From NCBI GenBank assembly GCA_965644315.1, contig CBFFRQ010000095.1, positions 182,014-246,013 on the forward strand: a stretch of 64,000 nucleotides of DNA, given 5' to 3'. A program made the position numbers and the translations under genes. Below are positions 13,072 to 24,266 of this stretch, piece by piece (position 1 is the first letter of the stretch; every line of letters starts with the position of its first letter). Source of the DNA: Caecitellus pseudoparvulus (taxonomy: Eukaryota > Protista > Bigyra: Bicosoecida). Below the pieces are notes generated by a model. The model was not told the DNA's origin, searched no databases, and saw only the letters and a list, made by a program, of their open reading frames with translations.

Positions 13072-13369
13072 AGTTTCCGCGGCTGCCGCAGCCGTAGCGA
13101 CAGCAGCAAGCAGAATTCTCGACTACGGTGCCGAATTCACACGTGCACCCCGCTCTGCACTGCTCAGAGACGAACAAGCATGAAGCGACGTGGAGTGGAG
13201 GCAAGCACAAGTGCCAGCTGTTGCGGCTTGTGCCGCGAGCCAGGGCAATTCAGCGGCTGCTTCACAAGACACAAGCCATTCGAAGCTACTTGCACTCGCT
13301 CAACAGTTTTATGGTGTCATTTTTGAGTGCCTGGAAGCTCGCTCTGCAGCTGATCGCTGAGGTGCAGTG

Positions 13370-14484
13370 ATGCGGAATTTGGCAGCTGCCCTTGCTGGCG
13401 CAGCTTGTGTGCTGCTTGCGGTGGTTGAAGGCCACAAAGTTGTCGGAGCAGGTGAGCTGGACGCCGCGTGGGAGTCGACAGTGCCATGTGCCACCGAGTA
13501 TGCGGGAGAAGTGGCGGGGTGCCGCCCCACGACGTGTTGGCGGCGCGTGGTGGATGGCTTCGCCAGCACGCAGGAGGTTGACGCTCTGCGAGCCATCGCC
13601 GACAAGGGCATGCAGCAGAACACGCTCCCTGGCGGGCCCGTTATCATGGACATTAACACAGGCTTTGTCATGGACGCGGGGGGGCTACAGAACATCTACC
13701 GTCGGAAGCCAGGCGTGGCCTTCAGCGCTGACGAGTACGAACTCTACCGGGGTATGGTGCTGCGCATTCGCGACGAGATCAAGCGGGCATACGGCCTGGA
13801 GCAGCTGTATTTGACGGCGCCCACGTTCATCACCCGCATTCGGGGCGACCCGGCGTGGCAGCCCGCCACCCCTCACGATGAGTACTACCACTACCACGGT
13901 GCGTTGCTGAAGCGGTTGACTCGGGCCCGCATCGCCGTGCCACACTTGCCCTCGCTTCGACTGCAGTTGACAAGAACAACACGGAACACTACGACTATTC
14001 AGGCCTGCTGTACCTGTCCACAGGGGGGGGTGAGGAAGGGGACTTTTCAGGGGGCGTGTTTGACTTCAACGACTCGCCCTCTGCACAGGCCCTAGCCCCC
14101 ACGCATGCGTCGTACGACGGGGCCGCAGAGGCAGCGTATTACGCAGGGGATGCCGCAGATACGGCCAGTCTCGCCACCTCCCACCCTGGCAGCCAGCACG
14201 CCAGCGACGTGACGTACGTAGTGCCAAGGCGAGGCCGCCTCATCACCTTCACATCAGGGGCAGAAAATCTGCACCGTGTGGCACGCGTGACGCACGGCGA
14301 GCGCCTCGTGCTGTCCTTGTGGTTCACGTGTGATCCCGCCTTCGAGTTCAAAGCGTTTCTCGACGGCAACCCCCACGAACAGGCCGTCGGACAACGCAGC
14401 AGGGCGGGGAAACAGCGCCGCCGGCGGCGACGTGTAACGCGGCAGGGGGAGTCGCGCAGTGACTCTCACAGGTCCGAGCTGTAG
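13370..14484 (+). CDS. OGFOD3: 2-oxoglutarate/Fe(II) oxygenase domain protein 3-like; signal peptide and C-terminal RSEL; intron 13899-13966
   Basis: The spliced product contains [52 protein letters not shown] (HxD) and FTSGAENLHRV..GERLVL. Confidence 0.85.
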
Positions 14485-14522
14485 TGGTCCCAGCTCACTC
14501 AGTGCTGGCCCTGGCAGGGGGT

Positions 14523-15479
14523 CTAGGCTGTGGTCAGGCTTGGTGGACACAGCCCCCTCCACAGCACCATGTCCGCCACGGTGGCCGCCCCGACAGCGCT
14601 CAGCGCGCCTGCGATGCTGTCAGCACTTGCGGCAGCGGTGACCAGCTGCAACCCCTTGCCTTGTGCGTGCGGCCCGACAGGCGCTAGATGCAGGCGCGTT
14701 TCATGGTCAGCCGGCACGCTGGCGTTGGTGTTGATGGCTGACACGCTGTCCGCCGCGCGCTGCAGAGCATGGCCCATGGAGCGCGAGCCTGACGCTGCCA
14801 GCACGACGACGGCGGGAGCTGAGGGCAGGGCGGCGCAGGAGGTGTGGACGTGCACGCGGAGGAGCACCAGTGATGCGGCGGTGATGCCAGCCAGGCCCTG
14901 GGCTTGGGCCTTCAGGCGCATGGCCGCCACCTTCTCTGCCTTGGCTAGAGCGGCGCCCTGTAGGGCTTTCCCACGCTTGTTCAGGCACAGAGGCCGTGGA
15001 ATGCACATGGTGCTGGGCGAACCTGGTGTGTGGGGGACGGGCTGTGAGCTGGCTGCGGCAGCTGCGGCGGCTGGCGCGGCACTTGGCAACGCAGCACAGG
15101 CGTGTTCCTCCGGTTGACGGTGCTGCCCGCAGAAGGTGAGCGCACAGCCCTCACACGTGAACATTTTCCACTTCGCCATGCGGACGGCACACCCCTGCGC
15201 CTGGCAGGCCACTTGCTCTGCCACAGTGCGGCCAGGCTGAGGCCCTGAGCCAGAGTCTGCCACCGGTGCTGCGGCTGTGCACGTGTGAGCTGCAGGCTCT
15301 GCATGGTGCTGGCACAGCCATTTGCTGCAGTGGAAACACTGCAGAGGCATGAAGTCTGCGGTGTGGAGCGCGTTGCGTGGGTGGAGTGGGCGATGCCGAA
15401 GGCGTTGGGCGTCGATTTCCGCACCCTTCATGGCACAGCCGGGTTCCTCGCACACTCGCCCGACATGGTCAAACTCCAT
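14523..15479 (-). CDS. AN1-type zinc finger protein with two AN1 fingers (ZFAND1/ZFAND2-like); intron 15356-15424
   Basis: MEFDHVGRVCEEPGCAMK|DFMPLQCFHCSKWLCQHH..HTC, a second finger C..CALTFCGQHRQPEEHAC, and the ZFAND1-like AKAEKVAAMRLK. Confidence 0.85.
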   Translation of the reverse strand: MEFDHVGRVCEEPGCAMKGAEIDAQRLRHRPLHPRNALHTADFMPLQCFHCSKWLCQHHAEPAAHTCTAAAPVADSGSGPQPGRTVAEQVACQAQGCAVRMAKWKMFTCEGCALTFCGQHRQPEEHACAALPSAAPAAAAAAASSQPVPHTPGSPSTMCIPRPLCLNKRGKALQGAALAKAEKVAAMRLKAQAQGLAGITAASLVLLRVHVHTSCAALPSAPAVVVLAASGSRSMGHALQRAADSVSAINTNASVPADHETRLHLAPVGPHAQGKGLQLVTAAASADSIAGALSAVGAATVADMVLWRGLCPPSLTTA

Positions 15480-15742
15480 GACGTCCAAGCTCGAGGCCCA
15501 AGTATAAGGCAGAGCATCCTGCGGGGCATTCACGCGTCGCCGCTTCGAGTGTGGGGTCGTTTTGTGCCGATCCGTGCACTGAGCTCGCAGTCGGCGTGGA
15601 GCCTCCCGTCCTCGCAGCAGCTGGCGTCTGACCCTGCATCGACACGCGGGCGAATCCCTCGTTCCTGGATATTGGTTGCTGAAACTACCCCGCCCGTGTG
15701 GGAATCTCTGCGTCTGTGTGACGGTCCTGGCCACGGGTTGCG

Positions 15743-15752
15743 TGCGGAAATT
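15743..15752. promoter_or_regulatory. Representative copy of the recurrent TGCGGAAATT motif (other copies listed in findings)
   Basis: Lies just upstream of ATG 15770; the same word recurs near other start codons and in 5' introns. Confidence 0.45.
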
Positions 15753-15769
15753 GGTCTCAACCTCTCGCC

Positions 15770-16481
15770 ATGGCTGAGTTCAGGGCAAGCAGCGCGCAGA
15801 AGGCGCGGCGTGCGCACCGCGCCGCGCGATTCGAGGCGGAAGCAAAGGTTGAGCGGGTGACACCGAAGAAGGTGAGGACCAGCGCGCAGCTGCCGGCGTC
15901 TGCCGCTGCGCGCACTTTGGCGCCGCTGCCTCGCCACGCCGCAGGTCATGGCTCACGCGGAGGTGGTGATCGTGAAGGACGCAGACAAGAAGCAGCTGTC
16001 TTTCCTGAAGCGCCAGATCGCGTCTGGCCGGCCGTTGAACGCACATGCGGCAGCGACCTTTGAGCGCCTGACTGGCCGGCCGTACGTGTACGGCTCCACT
16101 GGCTTCGAGGGTGGGGAGGATGTGCCGCAGGCGGCAGTGCCCGCCGCATACAGCATGGACCTGGCATCCATCCGCGTGTCACGGCGACGAGATGTGGCTG
16201 CCGCAGGGGGCGGGGGCAGTGCACCCCCCGCAGCCACCAGGTCTGGCGTGCGGGGGGGGGGGGCCACAGCACCGGGGAGGGGGGCCTCTGCCGCCCCTGC
16301 CCCCCCGAGCCCCGCAGTGAAGGAGCTGCGTAAGGTGAACAAGAAGCTGCGGCAGATCCAGGCGCTGCAGGATGGGGCTGCCCTGGGCAGGCTGCTGACG
16401 CCAGAGGAGGCAGCGAAGGTGGCGAGCAAGGGGGAGCTGGAGGCAAGGCGAGACGCCCTGACGCAAGGCATTTCCAGGTAG
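15770..16481 (+). CDS. Hypothetical basic protein with PYM/eIF2A-like C-terminal motif; intron 15872-15944
   Basis: A GTGAGG...CCGCAG intron joins the two ORFs. The C-terminus reads KELRKVNKKLRQIQALQ...LTPEEAAKVASKGELE. Confidence 0.6.
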
Positions 16482-16708
16482 AACTCTGGTACGGTGTGGA
16501 TGCGGGGTGGGGGGCGTGGCGGTTTAGGTGCGAGGTGCGGAGGGGGCGTGTTGGCAGTTGCAGGCCGCACCATGCCGCGGCACGGCACAATTCACAGACC
16601 GCAACGCACGCCACTGCGACGGAGCGCAGTGGAACTGGCCAGCCCGTGCCGAGGAGCACTGGTTGTGAGTCGTCTTGGCGCGCGCAGAGGCGTTCACGGG
16701 GACTCAGC

Positions 16709-19700
16709 ATGGCGGAGAGTGCTGGCAGGTCTGCGCCAGGCAGTCCAAATTCCGATGCCTCGCACCAGTCGGGTGGCGAGGGCTCGCCCCTGGCCGAGAA
16801 GCTGGCACAGCGCACGGCAGAGTTGTCCCAGGCGACGACATTGCTGAACGACATGGACCGCCGCTTCACGAAGCAGAGCGAGGAGCTGGCGGCAGAGCGG
16901 GAGCGGTCGTCCCAGCTTGCTGCCACAACGGAGACACTGCGTAGGTGTTCCCGCCAACCGTGCCTGCTGCGCCACAGCGCCCTCTGCACGCTGCACACCG
17001 ACACACTGCACAGGAAAACAACTGAATGACGTTTCATCGGCATTGGACTCTGCGCGGGGCGAGTTGCAGGAGCAGAGCACCAGCCTGCACCGTGCCACGA
17101 CGCTGGCGCAGAGCGCTGCGGAGGACAAACGTGCGTTGCAAGCACAGGTGGACGCACGGCAGGCGGAGGCGGACAGGCTGGCAGAGGAGCTGGAGGCCCG
17201 CGATGCCCGTATTTCGGAGATGACGAAGCAGGCGTCGGCGCTGGAAACGGCTCTGTCGGAGGCGCGTGCTGCTGCACTGCCGCTGCGGGTGCAGAATGAG
17301 CGATTGGAGGATGAGAAGGCGCTGCTGCAGGCGAGGCTGCAGACGCTGCAGAAGCAAGTGCAACAACTGAACGAGGGGCACAGCGCACAGGCAGCTGCAG
17401 CTGAGAAGGCGGCCGCAGCAGCGCGCTCCAAGGCGGCTGCGGCGGAGGCTGAGCTGGCATCTCTGCGCGAGTCACTGCCCCGCCTGCACAAACGCCTGGA
17501 GGCAGCCGAGGCAGCGCGAGATGCTGCGTTGCAGGCCAACACTGACGCAGCTGGCAAGGCTGCTCGGGAGGTGGCGTCTTTGGAGGGGCAGCTCTCCGCT
17601 GCCTCGCGCAAGGCTCGACTGCTGCAGGAAGCGGCGGCGGCGGCTGAGGCGCAGAGCGCGTCGCTGAAGGGCAGCCTGGCAGAGGCCAAGCGGGAGGCCG
17701 CCCAGGCCAAGGACGCTGCCTCCACAGCTGCTGCCGCAGCGGAGGCCCAGCTGGCTGAGCTGCGTGCGGAGCTGGAGGCTGCCAAGACTGCCGCGGCGGC
17801 ACAGGTGACAGCGGCGCCGGTGGATGCCCCAGTGACGCCCAGAACAGGGGGATCTGGCGCGGAACACGCGAGTGTCCCCACAGCAGGTGTTCCGAGTGGC
17901 CTGTCCCCGGGCAGTCCCGGCGCCATCACCACCGCCCTGTACGCCAAGGTGCAGGCAGCAGAAGCTCGCGCTTCGGCCGCGGAACGCGAGGCTGCGCGAC
18001 TGAAGGGGTACCTGGATGATGTGCTGACTGAGGTGCAGGCTAAGGCGCCAGTGCTGCGTGAACAGCGGGCAGACTACGAGCGTGCGCTGGTGTCGCATCA
18101 GCGCCTGACTCTGCACTTGGAGGAAAGTCTGCAGCGGTGCCAGGTGCTGGAGGGGGATGTGGCGGGGTTGCGGCAGGCAGCCAAGGCGGCCAGGCGTGAG
18201 AAGGACATTGCTGTGCAGCAGGTGGCAGACCTGAGTCACCAGGTGCGATCCCTACTCGCGCAGCAGCTGTCGGCAGCGGGGCGGTTGGCGCCTGATACAG
18301 CGGCGGCTGGTGCTGCGCAGGCGGCGGCAGCAGGCGCACCCGCCCAAGCCCTGATCTCAGAGAACCTCATCAGCTTCAAGACGATCGAGGAGCTGCAGAC
18401 ACGCAACATGCAGCTGACCAAGGTGGTGCGGACACTGTCTGCCGAGCGCACGGCTGAGAGCGCAGCTCAGGCGTCGAAGGATGAGGCTGCGGCACGGGCT
18501 GGTCTGCAGACCGCGCTGGCGGAACTGAGCAAGCTGCGTACGAAGCGTGAGAGCCAGGAGCGCCTGATGAAGGTGCTGGTGCAGCAGCGCGACATGTACA
18601 GGACCCTGCTGGCCCAGGCAGACAGCCAGCACGCTGTGGGAGGTGGATCAGATGTGCCTGCTGCGACTGCCGCACCATCGAGTGGCGGTAGCCCAGGCGG
18701 CGACACTGCTGCCGCACCACGCACCACGGCGCAAGTGAGCAACTTGCAGACACAGCTGGACAGTGCCGCATCCTCTGCGGCAGCCGTCAAGGCGGAGCGA
18801 GCCGAGTACGAGCGGCGTGTGGCGGAGGAGCTGAACGACCTGCGCAGCCAGTTGTCTGACGCCAAGGCGGCAGCTGCACGCGCCAGTGCCGAGGCGCAGT
18901 TCCACGCGTCACGCCTGGCAGCCATGACGTCAGCTGAGGCCGATGCTCGGGAGGCTGCGAATGCCGAGGCCAAGCAGAAACTCGCAGTGCACACGCAGTT
19001 GCTGGAGGCGCAGCGTGTGAACGCAGAGAAGGACGCTGCAGCGGCACGGCTGAGTGCGGAAATCGTGGAGCTGCGCAGCGAGGTATCTGACGCCAAGGCT
19101 GCCAGCCGCATCGCGGAGAACGCCGTGCAGCGCCTGTCTGCAGAAGTGCAGAGCCTATCGGCCGACAAGGACCGCCTGAGCAAGCTGCTGGAGTCTGTGC
19201 GGTCCCTGGAGGCGTCGTTGTCTGCACAGGCCGCCGCCGAGCGCCAAGCCGCCGCTGCGGAGAAGGAGCAGGCCACCAAGTCGTGGCTGGCGTGCCGCAA
19301 GGAGCTCGCAGAGCAGCGCAACTTGGCAGCCACGAAGCAGAGCAAGGCCGCTGCAGACCTGCGTGCGGCCGGGCAGCGTGCCGCTGACTTGAGCGACAAG
19401 CTGGCCGATGCGCGTGCAGAAGCCGCGAAGGCTTCTGCCGAGGCAGCTGCTGCGCGTGAGAAGGCGTCCCTGTTGGATTCGCAGTTGACGGCGCTGCAGT
19501 CCCGCCTGGAGGGCAAGGTGTCGGCTCTGGGCGCTCGGGGGGAGGTGGACGCAGGGCACGTTGCGTCATTGTCGGCCAAGGTGCGCCAGCTGTCTGCTGA
19601 GCTGGCTGACGCGAAGGCGGAGGTGGCGGAAGCGGAAAGTGCGCGAGACCAGTACAAGGCCGTGGCTGAGAGCAACGAGGCTGCCTTTGCGGAGCTGTCG

Positions 19701-22440
19701 GCCAGCACTCGCGAGTGGCAGGAGAAGGTCACTGCGGAAACTGAAGCTGCAGTTTCCGCAGCTGCTGCCAAGGACACCACCATCGCTGACTTGCGCCGGC
19801 GCGTGAACGAACTGGAGCAGGCATCCCTGGAGGCGACATCTGCACACGAAAAGGCCCTGTCAGAGGCCCAGGCTAGCGCAAAGACTGCCAAGGCCGCTGC
19901 AGCGGCAGCTGAGGAGCGCTTGGCGACGTTTGACGAGCGCGAGGCGGCGTTGCGCGCGGAGGTGGAGCAGCTGACGCAGGCACGCAACGCGGCGCAGAAG
20001 CGCAACGAGATGCAGGTGCAGATGCACGCTGAAGACACGCGGCGCCTGGCCGAGTTGGAGCGCTCGCTGGCTGAGGAGAAGAAGGCGCGTTCCAACGCCC
20101 AGGCCAAGATTGCCGTGCTGACGTCACAGATCATCGGCAAGGACCGCCAGTTCGCGGCGGAGACCAAGGCCAAGGCTGAGGAGCTGACCAAGGCCAAGAC
20201 GACTGCGGAGGAGCTGACGGAGCAGAACTCTCTCCTGCACGCCCAGCTGGACGCGTTGACACGGCAGGTTGAGGAGCTGCAGGCTTCTGTGGGGGTGGAG
20301 GATGAGGATGCTGATGCTGATGCTGATGCTGGGGATGATGCGGAGGGTGACGACGCCGCCGCTGCCTCCACCGCCGCTCGTCTGCGCAAGCAAGTGACCG
20401 ACCTCCACGGCGTGCGGGCGTACCTGCAGCACCAGAAGAACGTCTTGCAGTGCGATCTGGAGCTAGCCAAGGCGCAGGGTGCCAGTCTGCAGGAGCGCCT
20501 GTCCGCTGCCGAGGCAGACCTGGCCGTTGCTGAGGCGGCCCTGGCGAAGGAGCGCAAGAAGGCGGCCGCCGCTGCCGCGTCAGCCAAAGCCTCCACGGCT
20601 GCTCGAACGGAAGAGGAGACGGCTGCCGTGCTGTGGGAGAGCAACAAGCAGCTGCGTGCCGACGCCGAGAAACACCTGGCGCGCGCCAAGGCGGCTGAGG
20701 CGGAGGTGGTGGCTGTGAAGGAGGCGTCTGCGGCGGCTGCGGAGCGTCTGGCAGCACTGGAGGGTGAGGCACAGGCCTGGGCGGAGCGTGAGGAGGCCCT
20801 GCAGCGGGATGTGGCGAGGTGGCAGGCGCATGTGCAGAAGGTGCTGCGAGACGACAGCATCGACCCGGCAGCCCACGAGGCGCTGAAGGAGCGACTGGAG
20901 GCGGCCGAGGCCAAGCTGGCGGAGGTGGAGGCGGCGGCGCAAGATGCACAGGTGGCTGCCGAGGCAGCTGAGACGAAGTTGGAGGAGGTGGAGGCAGCAG
21001 CGGCGGAGGCGGAGGAGAAGGCGAGTGACTTCCGCCAGCGTGCGCGCACGGCGATGAAGACCGCCACGAACAACTTGAAGCAGGCCAAGAAGGAGGCGGA
21101 TGCGGGGCGGGCCCGGGTGGAGGAGGTGGAGAAGGAGCTGCGGGAGGCACGGCTGACGGCCCGCAAGGACGCCCTGGCCGCTGCAGGCAAGATCAAGGCG
21201 CTGCAGACGGAGTTGGAGGAGGCCAAGGCCAAAGGCGCCAAGGGGGGGGGCGAGTCCGCTGGGGACGCGGGCCGGCTGGTGGAGCTGCGCAAGATCACGC
21301 TGCGGCTCAAGGCCGACAACAAGTCACTGGTGCAGGAGGTGTCGTCTCTCCGCGCCCAGAACAACGAAATCGCAGAGGCCCTGGCGGCGGCGCAGCGTGC
21401 CCAGGCACAGGCGGCGGATGCCGATGCCGATGCCGGTGGCGAGGAGGAGGTGGAGGAGGAGGAGGAGGATGGGGAGGGGGGTGTGTCTGGGGAGGAGGAG
21501 GAGGGGGGTGGTGAGGAGGCCCCCCCCTTCACATCCCTTCGACCCCCCAGCGCCAGTCTGGAGGAGGCAGGGTCGGCCCCCCTTGTGTTCGGGTCTGGAA
21601 CACCCAGCTTGCCGGTGCCGGATGTGGGGTCGGGGGATGGGGCGCAGCTGAGTGGTGTGCCTGAAGATGAGGATGATGGGGGGGAGGAGGATGGCGAGGG
21701 GGGTGATGAGGACAGTGAGGATGCGGAGGAGGGGGGGGAGGGAGAGAGCGGGGGTGAAGAGGAGGAGGAGGAGGAGGATGGCGACTTCGAGGAGGAGGAG
21801 GAGGAGGATGGGGAGGGGTCAGAGGCTGGCGAGGAGGACGGTGAGGGGGAGGAGGAGGATGAGGAGGATGGCGACTACCTGCCGGCATCCAAGCGGCCCC
21901 GTGGCGAAGAGGACGGCGACGGCGACGGCGACGGCGAGGAGGAGACAGGTGCTTCACCCTCTCCCACACCTGCACCAGCGGCAGCGCCAGCGGCAGCTGC
22001 AGGCACGTCCGAGTCCGCCAAGATCAAGGCGCTGCGGCTGAAGCTGGCTGGCAAGAAGCGGCAGCGGTCAGGCAGTGCCGACGCGTCGGGGACGGGTGGG
22101 CCCACCAGTGCGGAGGATGGGCCCACCAGTGCCTCCAAGGCGCCGCGGCGTGAGGGGTCTGACGTGGCAGGCGGCACGCCCCATGCCGGTGCTGCTGGGG
22201 AGGGGGGCGCTGACCTGGATGCGGAAGAGGCACGCAAGGCTGCCCGGGCGGCACGGTTTGGCACGGCAGCGCCATCCAGTGCAGGGACGACGACGCCAGG
22301 CAAGGCACGCGGGCAGAAGCGTGCGTTGGAGGTGGGCAGCGGCAAGGGGGGGAAGGGTGCTGGGCGCGGCAAGGGGGGGTCGCAAGGGGGGTGGCAGGGG
22401 GGGTCGAGGCGGCAAGGGCCGGGGGAGCGGCGGCAAGTGA
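16709..22440 (+). CDS. TPR: Nuclear basket nucleoporin TPR/Mlp1; intron 16941-17013; probable frameshift in the G-run at about 22373-22379
   Basis: Long coiled coil with ISENLISFKTIEELQTRNMQL, LVQQRDMYRTLL, AQKRNEMQVQMHAED and LTEQNSLLHAQL, plus an acidic tail. The RGG-rich tail continues in another frame to TGA 22438-22440. Confidence 0.85.
21440..21945 (+). repeat. GAG/GAT/GGC-rich low-complexity coding repeat (Glu/Asp/Gly tract of TPR)
   Basis: Runs of gaggaggag and gacggc repeats. Confidence 0.8.
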
Positions 22441-22465
22441 CCAATGCATTGCAGGTGTCGCGGCA

Positions 22466-24157
22466 TCAGCCTTCCAGCCCTGCGAACACCCCGCGTGTCA
22501 CGCGCACATCAGAGGTGCCGTGCCGCTGTTTGTTGGTTTCCGGGGCCGCCCACATTCCGTCCCGGGCCTTGGGCTTGGGCGCTTCCTGGAAGAAGGGGTG
22601 GCGCAACGCATCAGCTGCCGTGATGCGTTTCGCGGGGTCCAGCGTGAGGAGGGCTGCGAGCAGGTCCAGGCCTGAAGGGGGGAGATATGCACCGCCGAAG
22701 GCGTGTGCTTTGAGGCCGAGCACGTCACGCAGGCGCCCTGTGCGGGGCGCTGCGCGTATTACGGAGGCGAAGTCGGGGACGAGGGGCAAAGCCGCCCACC
22801 CTGGCCAGGTGTCGGCGGAGGGCGCGCCGGTGGCTTTGAAAATTGCCTTGAGCTGGTTCGCCTCACTCGTGCCGCGCAGGAAGATGGAGTTGGTGAGCAG
22901 CTCGGCAAAGATGCAGCCGACGCTCCAGACGTCAATGGCGGGGCCGTACTCTGCCAGCCCCAGCAGCACCTCTGGCGCGCGGTAGTACAGCGTGACGACT
23001 GCCAGGGAGGCTGCGCGGGGCGGCGCCGTGAAGGGCGTGGCCAGGCCGAAGTCACACACTACTAGGCGCCCGCTGTCATCCATGAGCAGGTTGGAGGTTT
23101 TCAAGTCGCGGTGCATGATGCCGTGTGCGTGCATATGCGCCACCGCCTCCAGCAGCTGCAGCAGCAGCGTCTTCACTTCAGCCAGGGGGAAGGGCTGATC
23201 CATAGCGTTCATGAGCGCTCTCAGGTCGTGCGGCAGGTACTCCATCACCATGAACACACTGTCCGCTGCCCGCCGCCCAGAACACCCGGGCAAGGCCGCC
23301 GCCCCGCCTGGACTCCAGGAGGTGCGCCGAGCAGCGGGTGCGGGCAGGGCTGGTTGTGCCATGCCTAGTACCTTGACGATATTCTCATGCTGCAGACGTA
23401 GCAGAGTGTTGATCTCCTGCAGGGCAGTTTGGGGGAACCCCTCCTCCCCCGACACGCCCAGCTTGAATTCCTTGATGGCGGCCTTCACGCCGGAACGCCG
23501 GTGTTCCGCCCGGAACACCACGCCGTACGTGCCCTCGTTGATGGTGTTCAGCTTGCGCCAGTCGTCCAGGCGGGTGCAGCCGTGCCACAGGGAGCTGTGC
23601 CAGGGCCCCTGCACCCCCCCATCGTCCGCCACCGCCAGGCCGCCGTCAGCGGGAATGACTTGGTACAGGGCGTACTCTGCCGAAGGTGTGCTGGCGGGCG
23701 GGCCCCCTCGTTGCTGCTGCGTTGCGCCGGGCGATCGTCTGCCTGACGCGGCAGGACCCGCAGCGCCAGTTGACGCTGCGGGTGCGGCGGCCTCGCGAGC
23801 TGGCGGAGCAGGAGCAGGTGCGAGGCTGGACGCGACAGCTGCTTGCACCATGTCATCTCGTTGTTTGCCGGCACGGAAGGAGTCGTCGCCGAACAGGCTG
23901 CGCTTGCGGGGCTTGTCGGGTTGGGCACCTGCGGCTTTTGCTCCGGCGCCAGCCTTGCCTTGCTGCTTCCGACGCATGCGTGCCTTGTCCTCTGCACTCA
24001 GACGCCCACCGAGAAGAGACGACAGAGATGAACCTCCTGCTCGTCGACGGCTGGCTTCTGGCTTGCTTCGGCTGTGGCGGGCAGTGCCGCCATCGTAGCC
24101 ACCGTGTGAGCGCCGCGGAGGTGGCGAGCGCTCCCGGCGGCCCCACCGCCCAGACAT
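22466..24157 (-). CDS. Cyclin-dependent kinase, CDK11/CDK10/CDKG-like, with RS/low-complexity N-terminus
   Basis: ATG 24157. Motifs INEGTYGVVFRA, AIKE, GFPQTALQEINTL, VFMVMEY, HRDLKTSNLL, CDFGLA, VVTLYYRAPE and IDVWSVGCIFAE. Confidence 0.88.
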   Translation of the reverse strand: MSGRWGRRERSPPPRRSHGGYDGGTARHSRSKPEASRRRAGGSSLSSLLGGRLSAEDKARMRRKQQGKAGAGAKAAGAQPDKPRKRSLFGDDSFRAGKQRDDMVQAAVASSLAPAPAPPAREAAAPAASTGAAGPAASGRRSPGATQQQRGGPPASTPSAEYALYQVIPADGGLAVADDGGVQGPWHSSLWHGCTRLDDWRKLNTINEGTYGVVFRAEHRRSGVKAAIKEFKLGVSGEEGFPQTALQEINTLLRLQHENIVKVLGMAQPALPAPAARRTSWSPGGAAALPGCSGRRAADSVFMVMEYLPHDLRALMNAMDQPFPLAEVKTLLLQLLEAVAHMHAHGIMHRDLKTSNLLMDDSGRLVVCDFGLATPFTAPPRAASLAVVTLYYRAPEVLLGLAEYGPAIDVWSVGCIFAELLTNSIFLRGTSEANQLKAIFKATGAPSADTWPGWAALPLVPDFASVIRAAPRTGRLRDVLGLKAHAFGGAYLPPSGLDLLAALLTLDPAKRITAADALRHPFFQEAPKPKARDGMWAAPETNKQRHGTSDVRVTRGVFAGLEG

Positions 24158-24266
24158 GCTTGGGGGGTGGGAGCGTGTGTGGTGAGGGATCCAAGCTCGG
24201 CCGAGAGGGGAGTAGTGGACAGATTGTACAGTTTGCGTAGTGTATTTTCTTGTGTTATTGGCAGCG

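Noticed and set aside
18467-21532. 1021-aa antisense ORF, and many other long shadow ORFs
   Set aside because: These mirror GC-rich Ala/Glu codons on the coding strand and carry no domain motifs.
22441-22985. Apparent 520-bp antisense overlap of the 2022-aa TPR ORF with the CDK gene
   Set aside because: It arises from one extra G at about 22373-22379; the RGG tail in the alternative frame stops at 22440.
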